Assembly (NCBI GenBank): GCA_038087875.1 | Contig: JAXLNO010000079.1 | Location: 434,001-498,000, forward strand | DNA from: Malacoraja senta | Taxonomy: Eukaryota | Direction of reading: 5' to 3' | Length of the DNA: 64,000 bases | In this document: positions 36,694-49,933 of the stretch, piece by piece | How the letters are laid out: the number at the start of each line of letters is the position of its first letter | Position numbering within the stretch: position 1 is the first letter of the stretch | Made by a program: the position numbers and the translations under genes | The notes under the pieces: model-generated | What the model saw: the letters and a program-made list of their open reading frames with translations, nothing else | Database searches by the model: none | What the model was told of the DNA's origin: nothing

Positions 36694-37518
36694 ATTCCTG
36701 GCGCACTGCTACATCCAGAGCAATATCAGGAGAACCTCACTAGGTTGACCCAGGAACGGCCATTATTAGACACTACCTGAAGTAAGATTGCACAATGCAG
36801 TGCAGGACAAGCTATCCCATGCTTCATCCCACCCTGCTTCAGTAATACTCTCACCCATGTGAAGTGCTGGAGTACCTGAGCGTACAGAAATATGCAATTT
36901 ATTTTACCCATTACAAAGTGAAGGTTCTATTACGAAAGGTTCCGTTTCCTGTGAACTGTTCATAACTGCAACTGTTGGTAAGTGGGAAATGAATAAAACA
37001 GTGTGTGGGGAGGATCACAGACACATCAGTGTCGGGAGAGTGAGCAGATGTGGGAAGAGCAGCTGTCATCGGCCTACTCATTGAGTGAGGAGCGAGTCTG
37101 ACCAGAACTCCTTGCGCTGCTTGGCTCCACACAGCCCCCAACTGTTGAAGTTCAAGGGGTTGAGTTGGGGAGGAAAGGTAATTGAAAGTGCCATTCCCAC
37201 ATGGCAGATGATGCCTTTCTGCCCCACAGCAGCCGGCAAATCCATCCCCATCCATCCCATCAGTCTGCCAAACGCTTGCTTGTACATATGGGGTGTCCAC
37301 TGGGCATGAGTAAACCGGTGAGGACTTGTAAATATAATGTCCATAAATTAGACATTAATAACCAGGGTGAGGGCCTGTAAATATACAACTGATAATTATC
37401 TCCTGCAGAAATAACTTATTTTGAAATCGTTTTGTTCCTTAATTGATATTATGGCATTTAATGTAGGCTACACAATTACATCTTGATTGTGTTTTAAATT
37501 GTTTCATTGTCTCTCTAG

Positions 37519-37595
37519 AATTGGTGCATTAAGAGGCGATCACCATCCATCTACCTACAGCTACTCACTGACAAACATGCCCCAGAACAATACAG
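37519..37595 (+). CDS. ECEL1: ECEL1-like penultimate exon (77 bp, ends phase 2)
   Basis: Bounded by ctctctag and gtaccc. Translates [25 protein letters not shown](R), retaining the His and Arg of the M13 DxHxP...R motif. Confidence 0.95.
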
Positions 37596-37719
37596 GTACC
37601 CGTCATTATATATTTGACCATTTCATCTAATACACAAAACATCTTCATGTAATTCAGATTCGGAACTCCTCGAATTATCATGAATCAGTAAGGAGATGTA
37701 CCTTAACATGTGACGTGGG

Positions 37720-38470
37720 TTCCTTGAAACAGTACGTGGATAGTCCAACCCGAAAAGGGAACATACTGAACCTTGTGTTTGGAAATAAGCTTGGCCAGGT
37801 GACCAAGGAAGAGCCTTTAGGGGATAAACATCTGAACTCCACAGGTTTTAAGATTGTTTTGAATAGTAAGAAGGCTTTAGTACCTTCCTTGTGAGAAGGT
37901 ACTAAATTGGCATAAGGAAAATTACAATGTTATTTGGCAGGAGCTCAGGACGGTATACTGTGACCAGTTGTTATTGGGTAAGTTCACAGTTGACACATGG
38001 GAATCATTTAAAGGCCAGTTGATCAAAGTCAGGACTGGCATGTTCCAGTATGGAGAAGGGAATCTTGGATGACCAAAGAGGTTGTAAATTTAGTCAAAAA
38101 GAAAAAAGAGCGCATGAAAGATTTAAGAGGATGGATCAGACAGGTCCTTTGAGGAATATAAAGAAAGGAGGAAACAACACAAGCAGGTGATTAGAAGGAC
38201 TAAAAGGGGCCATGAAATGGATTTGGCAAATTGGATTAAAGAAAATCCTGAGGCTTTTTATATCTTCATTGAAAACAAGAGGGAACCAGGGAGAAGGTAG
38301 GCCCATTCAAGTTTAAAGGAGGGAATTTGTGCTTGGAGTCAGGGAATGTAGGTGAGGTACTAAACAAATACTTTACATCTGTTTTCACCAAGGAGAACAT
38401 AGAGGACAGTAGAGAATATTATATACGATGGCAGTTTGAGATTAAGAAGGAAAAAGTGTTGGGGCTCTTG
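37720..38470 (+). mobile_element. Old degenerate CR1 ORF2 fragment (end of APE to linker)
   Basis: Decayed FLKQYVDSPTR, IKENPEAFY and YFTSVFTKE segments. Confidence 0.75.
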
Positions 38471-39700
38471 GCAGAGTAATCAATCAGATTTATTCATCAT
38501 ATACACAATAAAGTGCAGTGAAATTAATTTTGCCAATCAAAAAATCAATCAAAAAAGAACACACAATTACAATCAAAAAGGAACACACAATACACAATAA
38601 AAATGTAACACAAACATCCACCACAGCATTCTTCACTGTGGTGGAAGGCAGGGGCGGCCTTAGGAGGTGCGGGGCCCAATTGGGAACAATTTTGGTGAGC
38701 CCCAAGTTCCCAGCCAAGGTCTGTCAGCCCTGTTATTTAGTATATATTATGAAATTGTACACTAAGGTGCTATGGATTATACACTGTCTGAATCTCTCCT
38801 GCTCCCGTTTGACTGTCAGTACCTCCACTGGCTTCCAACCTTTACCGTAGCAGCTAATTACCATTAAACTGCATTATGTGATTGGACACAATGTCCTTGG
38901 AGACAGCGGCTGATTGGACAGGAGGAGACCTATTTGTTGATTGGACGGGAATTTTAAGGTAAGCTGGTTGGTGATTGGACTCAACCCCCGTAGAGACAGC
39001 GATTGATTGGCCGCCAAATAATCAGGCACAAAAAAATGGACAAATAGGAAAACAAAAATCGCTGGTCGGTGCGAACTCAGTGGACTAACTGGCTGTATCT
39101 CCAAACTAAACAGTATAACATGCAGGTACATTCATTTAAAATAAAATTCAGTGATTATTTCACATGATTTCTCACTGTGCAAAGCTCAGTATCTGACCAA
39201 TTTTTATTTAACACGTTTGGTCTGCTTGAGCATTTTTCTCTCCCAAAACAGTTCATATCTAGCTCAACGAACCAGACAGCAGTTGGACGCAGTCATGCGA
39301 TTAGCAAGCGATTGATAAGATTTGATGGGGCACCCTGAGCTTTTTTGCACTAGTATTAGGGTTAAGTTATTGAATTTAGTCGTTTCTCCTACGTTCTCAT
39401 ACAATCTATGAGTATTGTGTTTACACGCCTGTTATGCTGCTGCAAATAAGAATTTCATTGTTCTGTTGTGGGTATACATGGCAATTATACATTCTTGACT
39501 CAACTCTTCACTCATGCATTTGTGCAATAGAAAACGGGTAACCATTGCACTCTGCGCCAAGTTAAAAAGAGTCAGCAGTTAGTCAGGAAGTGACTATTCA
39601 CCTCCAAAGAGCAACCCTTTATTAGGTGGCTTCACTAAATGGTGTGACTCAATATTCCTCCAGCAGTTTGGTTTTTTTTGCTCAAGATCTGCAGCATCTG

Positions 39701-40540
39701 TTGGCGGCGCGACTCACGTTGCAGCGGCCTCTGCAGTCCGTCTGTCTTTTTTATTTTTTTTGTTTTGTTTGAGTTTTGTATAGTGTTTTTTTTTTAAAAA
39801 CTGGGTATGTGTGGGGGGGCGGGGGGCGGGGGGTGGGGGTGGGGAAACTTTTAAAATCTTTTCCCTGCACGGGAGACCCGACCTTTCTCTGTCGGGTCTC
39901 CGTTGTCGTTGGGGCCTAGCACCGTGGAGAGGCCTCCAACCGGAACGACCTGGGGCTCCAGTCACGGAGCCTGCGGACTACTCACCATCGTGGAGCTGGC
40001 CGAGTGCTGCGGCCCGACCCCGGAGATTCGGAGGCTTCAGCCGCAGGTCTGGTGGATGGTGACATCGGGAGCTCGCAGGTCCATGGTGGGAGACCGCTTT
40101 TCGGGGCTCCCACAACGGCAGCTACTCCCGCCCGAGTTGCGGGGTTGACGATGACCTGGAGCGGGGTCTGGCATCGCCCGGCGCGGCATTGGTGGCCGTG
40201 GGACTTGCTGGCGCTATCGGGGGCTACAACATCAAGACCCGGAGCGTGGCCTTGCATCGCCCGGCGCGGCTTTAATGGCCGCGGGACATATCTACAATCG
40301 CCCGCCGGGGGCTTTGACTTTGACATCGGGAGGAGAATGTGGAGTGCAGGGGAGAGACAAGACTTTGCCTTCCATCACAGTGAGGAGGAGATTCACTGTG
40401 ATGGATGTTTGTGTAAAATTGTGTTGTGTCTTGGTTCTTTTTACTTGTTTGTATGACTGCAGAAACAGAATTTCGTTTGAACTTAGGTTTAATTGACAAC
40501 AAATAAATATCTATCAAATAAATATCTATCTATCTATCTA
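39701..40540 (+). mobile_element. GC-rich retroposon (hairpin family, copy 5)
   Basis: Perfect 13 bp stem within 40366-40407; ends aatttcgtt..tgacaacaaataaa with a (tatc)n tail. Confidence 0.8.
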
Positions 40541-42056
40541 TCCGTAGTCGCTTGCGATTTAATACTATGTTCCGCTGCGATCTAACTAATGGATGGCCCA
40601 TGCTGAAGCACACGCAGCATTGAAATGCTAATACGACAATTAGCAAGAATATTGAACAATACAGTAACACGTAGCTCAGGGGACACTTGGGTTTAATTTT
40701 ACAAATGCTCATTTTCACAAAGCAAGTCACTTTTGGCAATGATACCAGTTTTAAAGAAGGCAGACTTTGCACTGACCACTTGAAAATAAATCAGTGGTTA
40801 ACTGGCAATGTAAACGTGGTGGTGTGTGTGCCACCAAAGCAGCAGGCTCCGTGGGAGGAAGGTGGGGGGAGAGGGAGATGAATGTGGATGGACAGGGGGT
40901 GAAACAAAAAGATAAAGAGCTGATTTCAGTCCAACAGCAGTACAAAACTTGAAACAGCTGGTCACAGGGCTAAGAGGCTGAAGTGCTTCAGGCTGCTGTT
41001 GGACTGAAACCAGTTCTTTATCTTTTTGTTTCACAGAATCACTTCAAGCCCGGTCTCTGCATTATAAGTGCAACATGAACAGTTGGGGGGGGGGGGGGGG
41101 ATGCTAGGATAAAATACCATATATTTGCATTTATATAGCGACTTCAACGACATCCATCATGTCACAATAACGCAGGTTGTTAATTGCACATCGGTTGAAT
41201 CACTTGTGAAAGATCCCTCCTTTGTTTAAAGAATATGACAAGTTAAACGACATTTAACATGGTTTCAATGCACCTCGAATACAAGATAATCTCAATTTAT
41301 ATTTGCCGGATCCAACCGTTTTAATGCGATTAGTATATTGATTATTACGTTGCTTTCAAATTTTCTCAGAAACCTGAACAAATATTCTGCAAAAGCAAAG
41401 AAATGATCTTAGTCAATAACAAGAAATTGCATTTAGATAGCGTCTCCAACCAGTCAAGCTTTCCATGTGGACAGGTGGGAGAGTTATAAAACAGTATTTG
41501 ATAGGAAGGAAACGTTACAGCAGCTGAGTAAAAGATTAGTCAAATGGTAGGTTCAATGAAAATTAGGCAAGGGGGATTGGGGGTGGGGGAAAAGTATCTA
41601 TAGCTTGGGACTTGCCGAAATGAGTACTGAGATGGATTATCATTCCACACCAAATTTCTTAGACAATAATACCTTTTATGCAATTATCACAACATTATGC
41701 TGGATAGGGATCAACGGACTATGTATGGTACATGCTTGTAAATTAGTAAAACAAATGTTCTTCTTTAAGTACTGTTGTTTCTGGGATGGGGGTGACTGAT
41801 TACAAATAACCTACATTCTATATTTTGTCATAATGTGGCTGAAACAATGGCATATTTTGTGATATTTATTGAGATAGAAAGATACAACTGAGTTTGGGCA
41901 AAATATTACCTTGCAACATTCTGTATGTCTGATAGATATTGTGAAATGGAACTCAGAAATTATGGGTGGATTACATAAAACTACATTCAAAGGTAATGAA
42001 TATACTGAGTATTCCTATTTCCATCATGAACATACAATAGTGATATAGGACACCAG

Positions 42057-42355
42057 GTCCTACTACGGTAAACTCACGAGCTACTACGATAAACTCACGA
42101 GCTACTACGGTATACCTAGGAGTTAAAAAGTATCAAATTTTTCCATCCCGAGTATATTTTACTCGTGGACAGTTTTCAACATGTTGAAAAATCTTCACGA
42201 GTTACCACGTTTCCCGAGTACCTGCCGTTAACGCTAAGAGACGTCCCGAGCTCTGACGTACCCGCTACGTTCATTCTACGTGCTTACCACGAGTTTGATT
42301 ATTATTTTTTACTCGGGAGAGCTCTTGGGTGAACTCGCACAGTGGGACAGGGCTT
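42057..42355 (-). mobile_element. One end of a Harbinger-type non-autonomous element
   Basis: Reverse-complement homologue of 61349-61660, ending cagtgggacagggctt then taa. Confidence 0.7.
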
Positions 42356-43995
42356 TAACTCAGCAGGACAGGCAGCGCAGCGACTCTGGAGAAAAGACCC
42401 TTCTTCAGACTGAATTGAACTCTCGTCGGTGAGAGTACTTGTGATTGTCTGAAGAAGGGTCTCGACCAGAAATGCAACCCTCTCCCCAGAGCCCATGCCC
42501 GTCCCGCTGAGCCACCTTCAACTTCAGAGCCAAACAAAAAACACAGAGTGCGGGAGGATCTCAGCGGGTAAGGCGGCTGCCTCACCCACTGAGTTTCTCC
42601 AGCATTTTTGTCTACCGCAAAACGTCAATGATTCCGGGTATGCCGAGGCGACAGGGTGAGAGAGAGGGAGTGAGAGAGCTAGAGAGAGACGAGATGGGGA
42701 GCGGGAGAGAGAGAGAGCGTGCGGGAGAGAGAGAGCGCGAGAGAGAGGGAGGGAGAGAGCGAAAGACAGAGAGACACAACGTGGGTCGGTAGGTGAATGA
42801 CTAACCTGCACACCAAGAAGAAGCCCCCTTCTTGCAGTCCGGAGCCCTCAATCATGATGGTGAGTTTTAAGAAATTCTCAATGTGTCATCAATGCATCGA
42901 TCTACATTCCTCAGTAAATGTAATTGTGTTTTAAGCAAGTATTAATGACGCCGCGTGGATTTTATTCAAAGGAACTCAGCTTCATTAATACTTGTTCAAA
43001 ACACAATTACATTTACTGAGGAATGTGGATCGATGCATTGATGACACATTGTATTATTACTTGTTAACTACTGGCTGTTAACAAGTGCTAACAGTAGTAG
43101 TTAACAAATCATTTGTGTCTGATGGCCCTGCAGCGGTTGTTATCCATGTTCGTTTAAAAAAAATCTGGATGGCGAATGTTTAAAAAAAAAATCTTTATTT
43201 AACAAAGCGAATTCGTACGAAATACGGAACATTAGTTCGGGGTCCCCCTCAGGCGCGGGGCCCAATTAGGAGCAATCAGTCCAATCGGCTTAAGGCCGGC
43301 CCTGGTGGAAGGCACAAAATACCCCAAGTCCTCCTCCATTGTTCCATCGTGGTCGGTGCCATAAACCTCCGCAGTCGCCGCTGCGGGCGGCCAGATGTAC
43401 AGGCCCTCTTGTCAGGATGGTAAGTCCCGAATCGGCACTTCTCTACCGGAGACTATGGCTTCAGGTTGTTGTAGGCCGCAGGCCGGCGGTCAGAGCTCTT
43501 CTCCAGGGATCCCCGGCGAAGGATCCCGCTCCGGATGGTAAGTCCACGCCGCTCCCGCAGCTAGAAGCTCCGCAGACTGCGGCTTCAGGCTGTAACGGTC
43601 TGTGGGCCAGCGATTGGAGCACTACCTTCTGGCGACCCCCGGCAAGGGCTCGTCCGCTCCGCGATGAAAAGTTCACTCTGTGCCCGCTGCTGAATCTCCG
43701 GGCCCGACTCTGGGAAACGCTGTACCAATCCATGGTGTTAGGTTGCGAGGGAGGCGACATGGAAAAAGTCGCCTCACCGTGGAGGAGGCGACCGAAAACG
43801 GTTCCCCCGTTCACCACCCCTTACCCCCCCTCACCACCCCCCACACAAGACACACCGAGAGACATTAAAACACACGTTTGGACACACTAAAAAAAACAGA
43901 AAAAGTAGAAATGACGAACACGCTGCTGGCAGGGCAGCCATCTCGCAGCGCCCCCACCGACTATTATGTCTTGCAGCGCCCCCGCCGAGTATTAC

Positions 43996-46900
43996 AGTGG
44001 CCTGTTGGTGTGGAATGAAATTCAGTCCCTTGCAAGGGGTGACATTAAAACAGGAGATGTGGAGCCAGTATGGATAGAACCAAGGAATTGTAAGGGTAAA
44101 ATGACCCCAATGGGACGAATCTACAGGCCCCCAAACAGTAGCCTGGACATAGGGTGCAAGTTGAATAAAATTGGCATGTAGCAAAAGTAATGCTCTGGTT
44201 GTTATGGGAGATTTCAACATGCGGGTAGACTGGGAAAATCAGGTTGGTACTGGACCCCAAGAAAGGGACTTTGCAGAGTGCCTTCGTGATGGATTCTTAG
44301 AACAGCTTGTATTGGAGCCTACCAGGGAGAAGGCAAATCTGGATTTAGTGTTATGTAATGAACCGGATTTGATAAAGGACCTCGAGGTTAATGAACCATT
44401 AGGAGGCAGTGACCATAACATGGTCAGGTTTAATCTACAATTGGAGAGAGAGAAGGGTAGATCGGAGGTCTCAGTGTTGCAGTTGAATAAAAGGAACTAC
44501 ATAGATACATAGATACATAGAAAATAGGTGCAGGAGTAGGCCATTCGGCCCTTCGAGCCTGCACCGCCATTCAATATGATCATGGCTGATCATCCAACTC
44601 AGTATCCCGTACCTGCCTTCTCTCCATACCCCCTGATCCCTTTAGCCACAAGGGCCACATCTAACTCCCTCTTAAATATAGCCAATGAACTGGCCTCAAC
44701 TACCCTCTGTGGCAGAGAGTTCCAGAGATTCACCACTCTCTGTGTGAAAACGTTTTTCCTCATCTCGGTCTTAAAGGATTTCCCCCTTATCCTTAAGCTG
44801 TGACCCCCTGTCCTGGACTTCCCCAACATCGGGACCAATCTTCCTGCATCTAGCCTGTCCAACCCCATAAGAATTTTGTACGTTTCTATAAGATCCCCTC
44901 TCAATCTCCTAAATTCTAGCGAGTATAAGCCAAGTCTATCCAGTCTTTCTTCATATGAAAGTCCTGACATCCCAGGAATCAGTCTGGTGAACTTTCTCTG
45001 CACTCCCTCTATGGCTATAATGTCCTTCCTCAGATTTGGAGACCAAAACTGTACGCAATACTCCAGGTGTGGTCTCACCAAGACCCTGTACAACTGCAGT
45101 AGAACCTCCCTGCTCCTATACTCAAATCCTCTTGCTATGAAGGCCAACATACCATTCGCTTTCTTCACTGCCTGCTGCACCTGCATGCCTACTTTCAATG
45201 ACTGGTGTACCATGACACCCAGGTCTCGCTGCATCTCCCCATTTCCTAATCGGCCACCATTTAGATAATAGTCTGCCTTCCCGTTTTTGCCACCAAAGTG
45301 GATAACCTCACATTTATCCACATTATACTGCATCTGCCAAACATTTGCCCACTCACCCAGCCTATCCAAGTCACCTTGCAGTCTCCTAGCATCCTCCTCA
45401 CAGCTAACACTGCCCCCCAGCTTAGTGTCATCCGCAAACTTGGAGATGTTGCTTTCAATTCGCTCGTCCAGATCATTAATATAAATTGTAAATAGCTGGG
45501 GTCCCAGCACTGACCCTTGCGGTACCCCACTAGTCACTGCCTGCCATTGTGAAAAGGACCCGTTTACTCCTACTCTTTGCTTCCTGTTTGCCAGCCAGTT
45601 CTCTATCCACATCAATACTGAACCCCCAATACTGTGTGATTTAAGTTTGTATACTAATCTCTTATGTGGTACCTTGTCGAAAGCCTTCTGAAAGTCAAGA
45701 TACAACACATCCACTGGTTCTCCCTTATCCACTCTACGTTACATCCTCGAAAAATTCTATAAGATTCGTCAGACACGATTTACCTTTCGTAAATCCATGC
45801 TGACTTTGTCCAATGATTTCACCACTTTCCAAATGTGCTGCTATCCCATCTTTAATAACTGACTCTAGCAGTTTCCCCACTACCGATGTTAGACTAACTG
45901 GTCTGTAATTCCCCATTTTCTCTCTCCCTCCCTTCTTAAAAAGTGGGGTTACGTTTGCTACCCTCCAATCCTCAGGAACTACTCAATGATCTAAAGAGTT
46001 TTGAAAAATTATCACTAATGCATCCACTATTTCTGGAGCTACTTCCTTAAGTACTCTGGGATGCAGCCTATCTGGCCCTGGTGATTTATCGGCATTTAAT
46101 CCATTCAATTTACCCAACACCACTTCCCGACTAACCTGGAGTTCACTCAGTTCCTCCATCTCCTTTGACCCGCGGCCCCCTGCTATTTCCGGCAGATTAT
46201 TTATGTCTTCCTTAGTGAAGACGGAACCAAAGTAGTTATTCAATTGGTCCGCCATATCCTTGTTCCCCATGATCAATTCACCTGTTTCTGACTGCAAGGG
46301 ACCTACATTTGTTTTAACTAATCTCTTTCTCTTCACATATCTATAAAAACGTTTGCAGTCAGTTTTTATGTTCCCTGCCAGTTTCCTTTCATAATCTATT
46401 TTCCCTTTCCTAATTAAGCCCTTTGTCCTCCTCTGCTGGTCTCTGAATTTCTCCCAGTCCTCTGGTATGCTGCTTTTTCTGGCTAATTTGTACGCATCAT
46501 CTTTTGCTTTGATACTATCCCTGATTTCCCTTGTTATCCACGGATGCACTACCTTCCCTGATTTATTCTTTTGCCAAACTGGGATGAACAATTTTTGTAG
46601 TTCATCCATGCAGTCTTTAAATGCCTTCCATTGCATATCCACCGTCAACCCTTTTAGAACTAATTGCCAGTCAATCTTGGCCAATTCATGTCTCATACCC
46701 TCAAAGTTACCTTTCTTTAAGTTCAGAACCGTTCTTTCTGAATTAACAATGTCACTCTCCATCCTAATGAAGAACTCAACCATATTATGGTCACTCTTGC
46801 CCAAGGGGGCACGCACAACAAGTCTGCTAACTAACCCTTCCTCATTACTCAATACCCAGTCTAGAATAGCCTGCTCTCTCGTTGGTTCCTCTACATGTTG

Positions 46901-48406
46901 GTTTAGATAACTATCCCTCATACATTCCAAGAAATCCTCTTCCTCAGCACCCCTGCCAATTTGATTCACCCAATCTATATGTAGATTGAAGTCACCCATT
47001 ATAACTGTTTTGCCTTTGTTGCACGCATTTCTAATTTCCTGTTTGATGCCATCCCCAACTTCACTACTACTGCTAGGTGGCCTGTACACAACACCCACCA
47101 GCGTTTTCTGCCCCTTAGTGTTTCGCAGCTCTACCCATACTGATTCCACATCCTCCAAGCGAATGTCCTTCCTTTCCACTGCGTTAATCTCCTCTCTAAC
47201 CAACAACGCTACCCCACCTCCTTTTCCTTTCTCTCTATCCCTCCTGAATATTGAATATCCCTGGATGTTCAGCTCCCAGCCTTGGTCACCCTGGAGCCAT
47301 GTCTCCGTGATCCCAACTATATCATAATCATTAATTGCTATCTGCACGTTCAACTCATCCCACCTTATTACGAATGCTCCTTGCATTGAGACTCAAAGCC
47401 TTCAGGCTTGTTTTAACAACCGCTCTTACCCCTTATACAATTATGTTGAAAAGTGGCTCTTTTTGATTTTTGCCCTGGATTTGTCTGCCTGCCACTTTTA
47501 CTTTTCACCTTGCTACCTATTGCTTCCGCCCGCATTTTACACCCCTCTGTTTCTCTGCTCACCCATTTAAGAAACCCACCACCTCTTATTCTCTGTTTAT
47601 TATTGTTTTCTTCTTTCCCCCTATATGTTGGGTCTGAGTGCTTTCCTTCTCTGCCTCCTGCCTCACACACTGTCTAATAGCATTCTCTATTTGAGTCCCC
47701 TCCCCCCAACCATTCTAGTTTAAAGTCTCCCCAGTAGCCTTTGCATGAGGGCCATGAGGGAGGAGCTGGCCAAAGTTAACTGGAAAGATACACCAGCAGG
47801 GATGACAGTGGAACAAAAATGGCAGGTGTTTCTAGGAATAATACAGAAGGTGCAGGATCAGTTCATTCCTAGGAGGAAGAAAGATTCCAAGGGGAGAAAG
47901 GGACGATCATGGCTGACAAGGCACGTCAAGGACAGTATAAAAATTAAAGTGAAGAAGTACAACGTAGCAAAGATGAGCGGGAAGCAAGAGGATTGGGTAA
48001 TGTTTAAAGAACAACAGAAGATAACCAAAAAGACAATACAGGAGAAAAGATGAGGTACGAAGGTAAGCTAGCCAAGAATATAAAGCAGGATAGTAAAAGC
48101 TTCTTTAGGTATGTGAAGAGGAAAAAATTAGTCAAGACCAAAGTAGGACCCTTGAAGACCAAAAAGGTGAATTTATTATGGGGACAAGGAAATGGCAGAT
48201 GAGTTGAACAGGTACTTTGGATCTGTCTTCACTAAGGAGGACACAAACAATCTTCCTGATATAGTAATGGCCAGAGGATCTGGGATGACGGAGGAACTGA
48301 AGGAAATCCACATTAGGCAGGAAATGGTGTTGGATAGACTGATGGGACTGAAGGCTGATAAATCCCCAGGGCCTGATGGTCTGCATCCCAGGGTACTTAA
48401 GGAAGT
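43996..48406 (+). mobile_element. Third CR1 subfamily, ORF2 fragment (43996-44499 plus 47745-48406)
   Basis: VMGDFNMRVDW..GGSDHNMV resumes as [27 protein letters not shown]. Confidence 0.85.
44500..47744 (-). mobile_element. CR1-A near-complete ORF2 copy with a few frameshifts and stops
   Basis: ORFs 47413-47670, 45983-47386, 45734-45916 and 44599-45732; (catagata)n tail. Confidence 0.95.
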
Positions 48407-48407
48407 G

Positions 48408-49929
48408 GAACGGGTGGGGGAAGGGACTCAAATAGAGAAAGATAGTAGAAACTGTGGGAGGCAGGAGGCAGAGAAGGGAAGCACTCGGACCCAAAATGTA
48501 GGGGAGAAAGAAGAAAAAGTTAATAAACAGAGAATAAGTGGTGGTGGGTTTCTTAAATGTGTATATTTTAATGCTAGGAGCATTGTAAGAAAGGTGGATG
48601 AGCTTAGAGTCTGGATTGACACCTGGAAGTATGATGTTGTGGCGATCAGTGAAACATGGTTGCAGGAGGGCTGTGATTGGAAACTAAATATTCCAGGATT
48701 TCGTTGCTTCAGGGGTGATAGAATTGGAGGGGCAAGAGGTGGGGGTGTTGCATTGCTTGTCAAGGAAGATATTACAGCAGTGCTTTGGCAGGATAGATTA
48801 GACGGCTCGTCTAGGGAGGCTATTTGGGTGGAGCTGAGAAATGGGAAAGGTGTAGCAACACTTATAGGGGTGTATTATAGACCGCCAAATGGGGAGCGAG
48901 AATTGGAAGAGCAAATATGTAAGGAGATAGCAGATATTAGTAGTAAGCACAAGGTAGTGATTGTGGGAGATTTCAATTTTCCACACATAGACTGGGAAAC
49001 ACATTCTGTAAAAGGGCTGGATGGTTTGGAGTTTGTAAAATGTGTGCAGGATAGTTTTTTGCAGCAATACATAGAGGTACCTACTAGAGAAGGGGCAGTG
49101 CTGGACCTCCTGTTAGGAAATGAGACAGGGCAGGTGGCAGAGGTATGCGTCGGGGAGCACTTCGGGTCCAGTGATCACAATACCATTAGTTTCAATATAA
49201 TTATGGAGAGGGTCAGAACTGGACCTAGGGTTGAGATTTTTGTTTGGAGAAAGGCTAACTTTGAGGAGATGCGAAAGGATTTAAAAGGAGTGAATTGGGA
49301 CATGTTGTTTTATGGGAAGGATGTAGAAGAGAAATGGAGGACATTTAAAGGTGAAATTTTAAGAGTACAGAATCTTTATGTCCCTGTTCGGTTGAAAGGA
49401 AATAGTAAAAATTGGAAAGAGCCATGGTTTTCAAGGGAAATTGGACACGGTTCGGAAAAAGAGAGAGATCTATAATAATTATAGGCAGCATGGAGTAAAT
49501 GAGGTGCTTGAGGAGTATAAAGAATGTAAAAAGAATATTAAGAAAGAAATTAGAAAAGCTAAAAGAAGATATGAGGTTGCTTTGGCAAGTAAGGTGAAAG
49601 TAAATCCAAAGGGTTTCTACAGCTATATTAATAGCAAAAGGATAACAAGGAATAAAATTGGTCCATTAGAGAGTCAGAGTGGACAGCTATCTGCAGAGCC
49701 AAAAGAGATGGGGGAGATATTGAACAATTTCTTTTCTTCGGTATTCACCAAGGAGAAGGATATGGAATTAGGTGAGGTAAGGGAAACAAGCAGATTAGCA
49801 ATGGAAACTATGAGATTCAAAGAAGAGGAGGTGCGGACACTTTTGAAAAATATGAAAACGGATAAGTCTCCAGGTCCTGACAGGATATTCCCGAGGACAT
49901 TGAGGGAAGTTAGTGTAGAAATAGCAGGG
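48408..49929 (+). mobile_element. CR1-B ORF2 5' half (linker + APE)
   Basis: CVYFNARS, ISETWL, VGDFN, GSSDH; near-identical to 56925-58447. Confidence 0.92.
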
Positions 49930-49933
49930 ATAA

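Larger units (their letters stand above)
38649..43304. mobile_element. Non-autonomous hAT-type DNA transposon, 4.66 kb including nested inserts
   Basis: 16 bp TIRs CAGGGGCGGCCTTAGG and CTTAAGGCCGGCCCTG; perfect 8 bp TSD GTGGAAGG (38641-38648 and 43305-43312); subterminal direct repeat gcggggcccaatt. No transposase seen. Confidence 0.88.
38478..43990 (-). mobile_element. GC-rich retroposon (hairpin family, copy 4; 38478-38648 plus 43305-43990) split by a hAT element
   Basis: Hairpin at 38615-38650 continues at 43305 (gtggaaggcac). GC-rich body at 43320-43850. Confidence 0.75.

Noticed and set aside
48192..49475. 427 aa ORF with linker sequence placed before an APE domain
   Set aside because: A chance in-frame junction of two different CR1 subfamilies at about 48407.
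18645..49929. CR1-B piece ending at 49929 and piece starting at 18645 overlap by about 25 bp, suggesting one copy split by rearrangement
   Set aside because: The 18645 copy sits cleanly inside a collinear Rex1 and host exon order is undisturbed; most likely coincidence.
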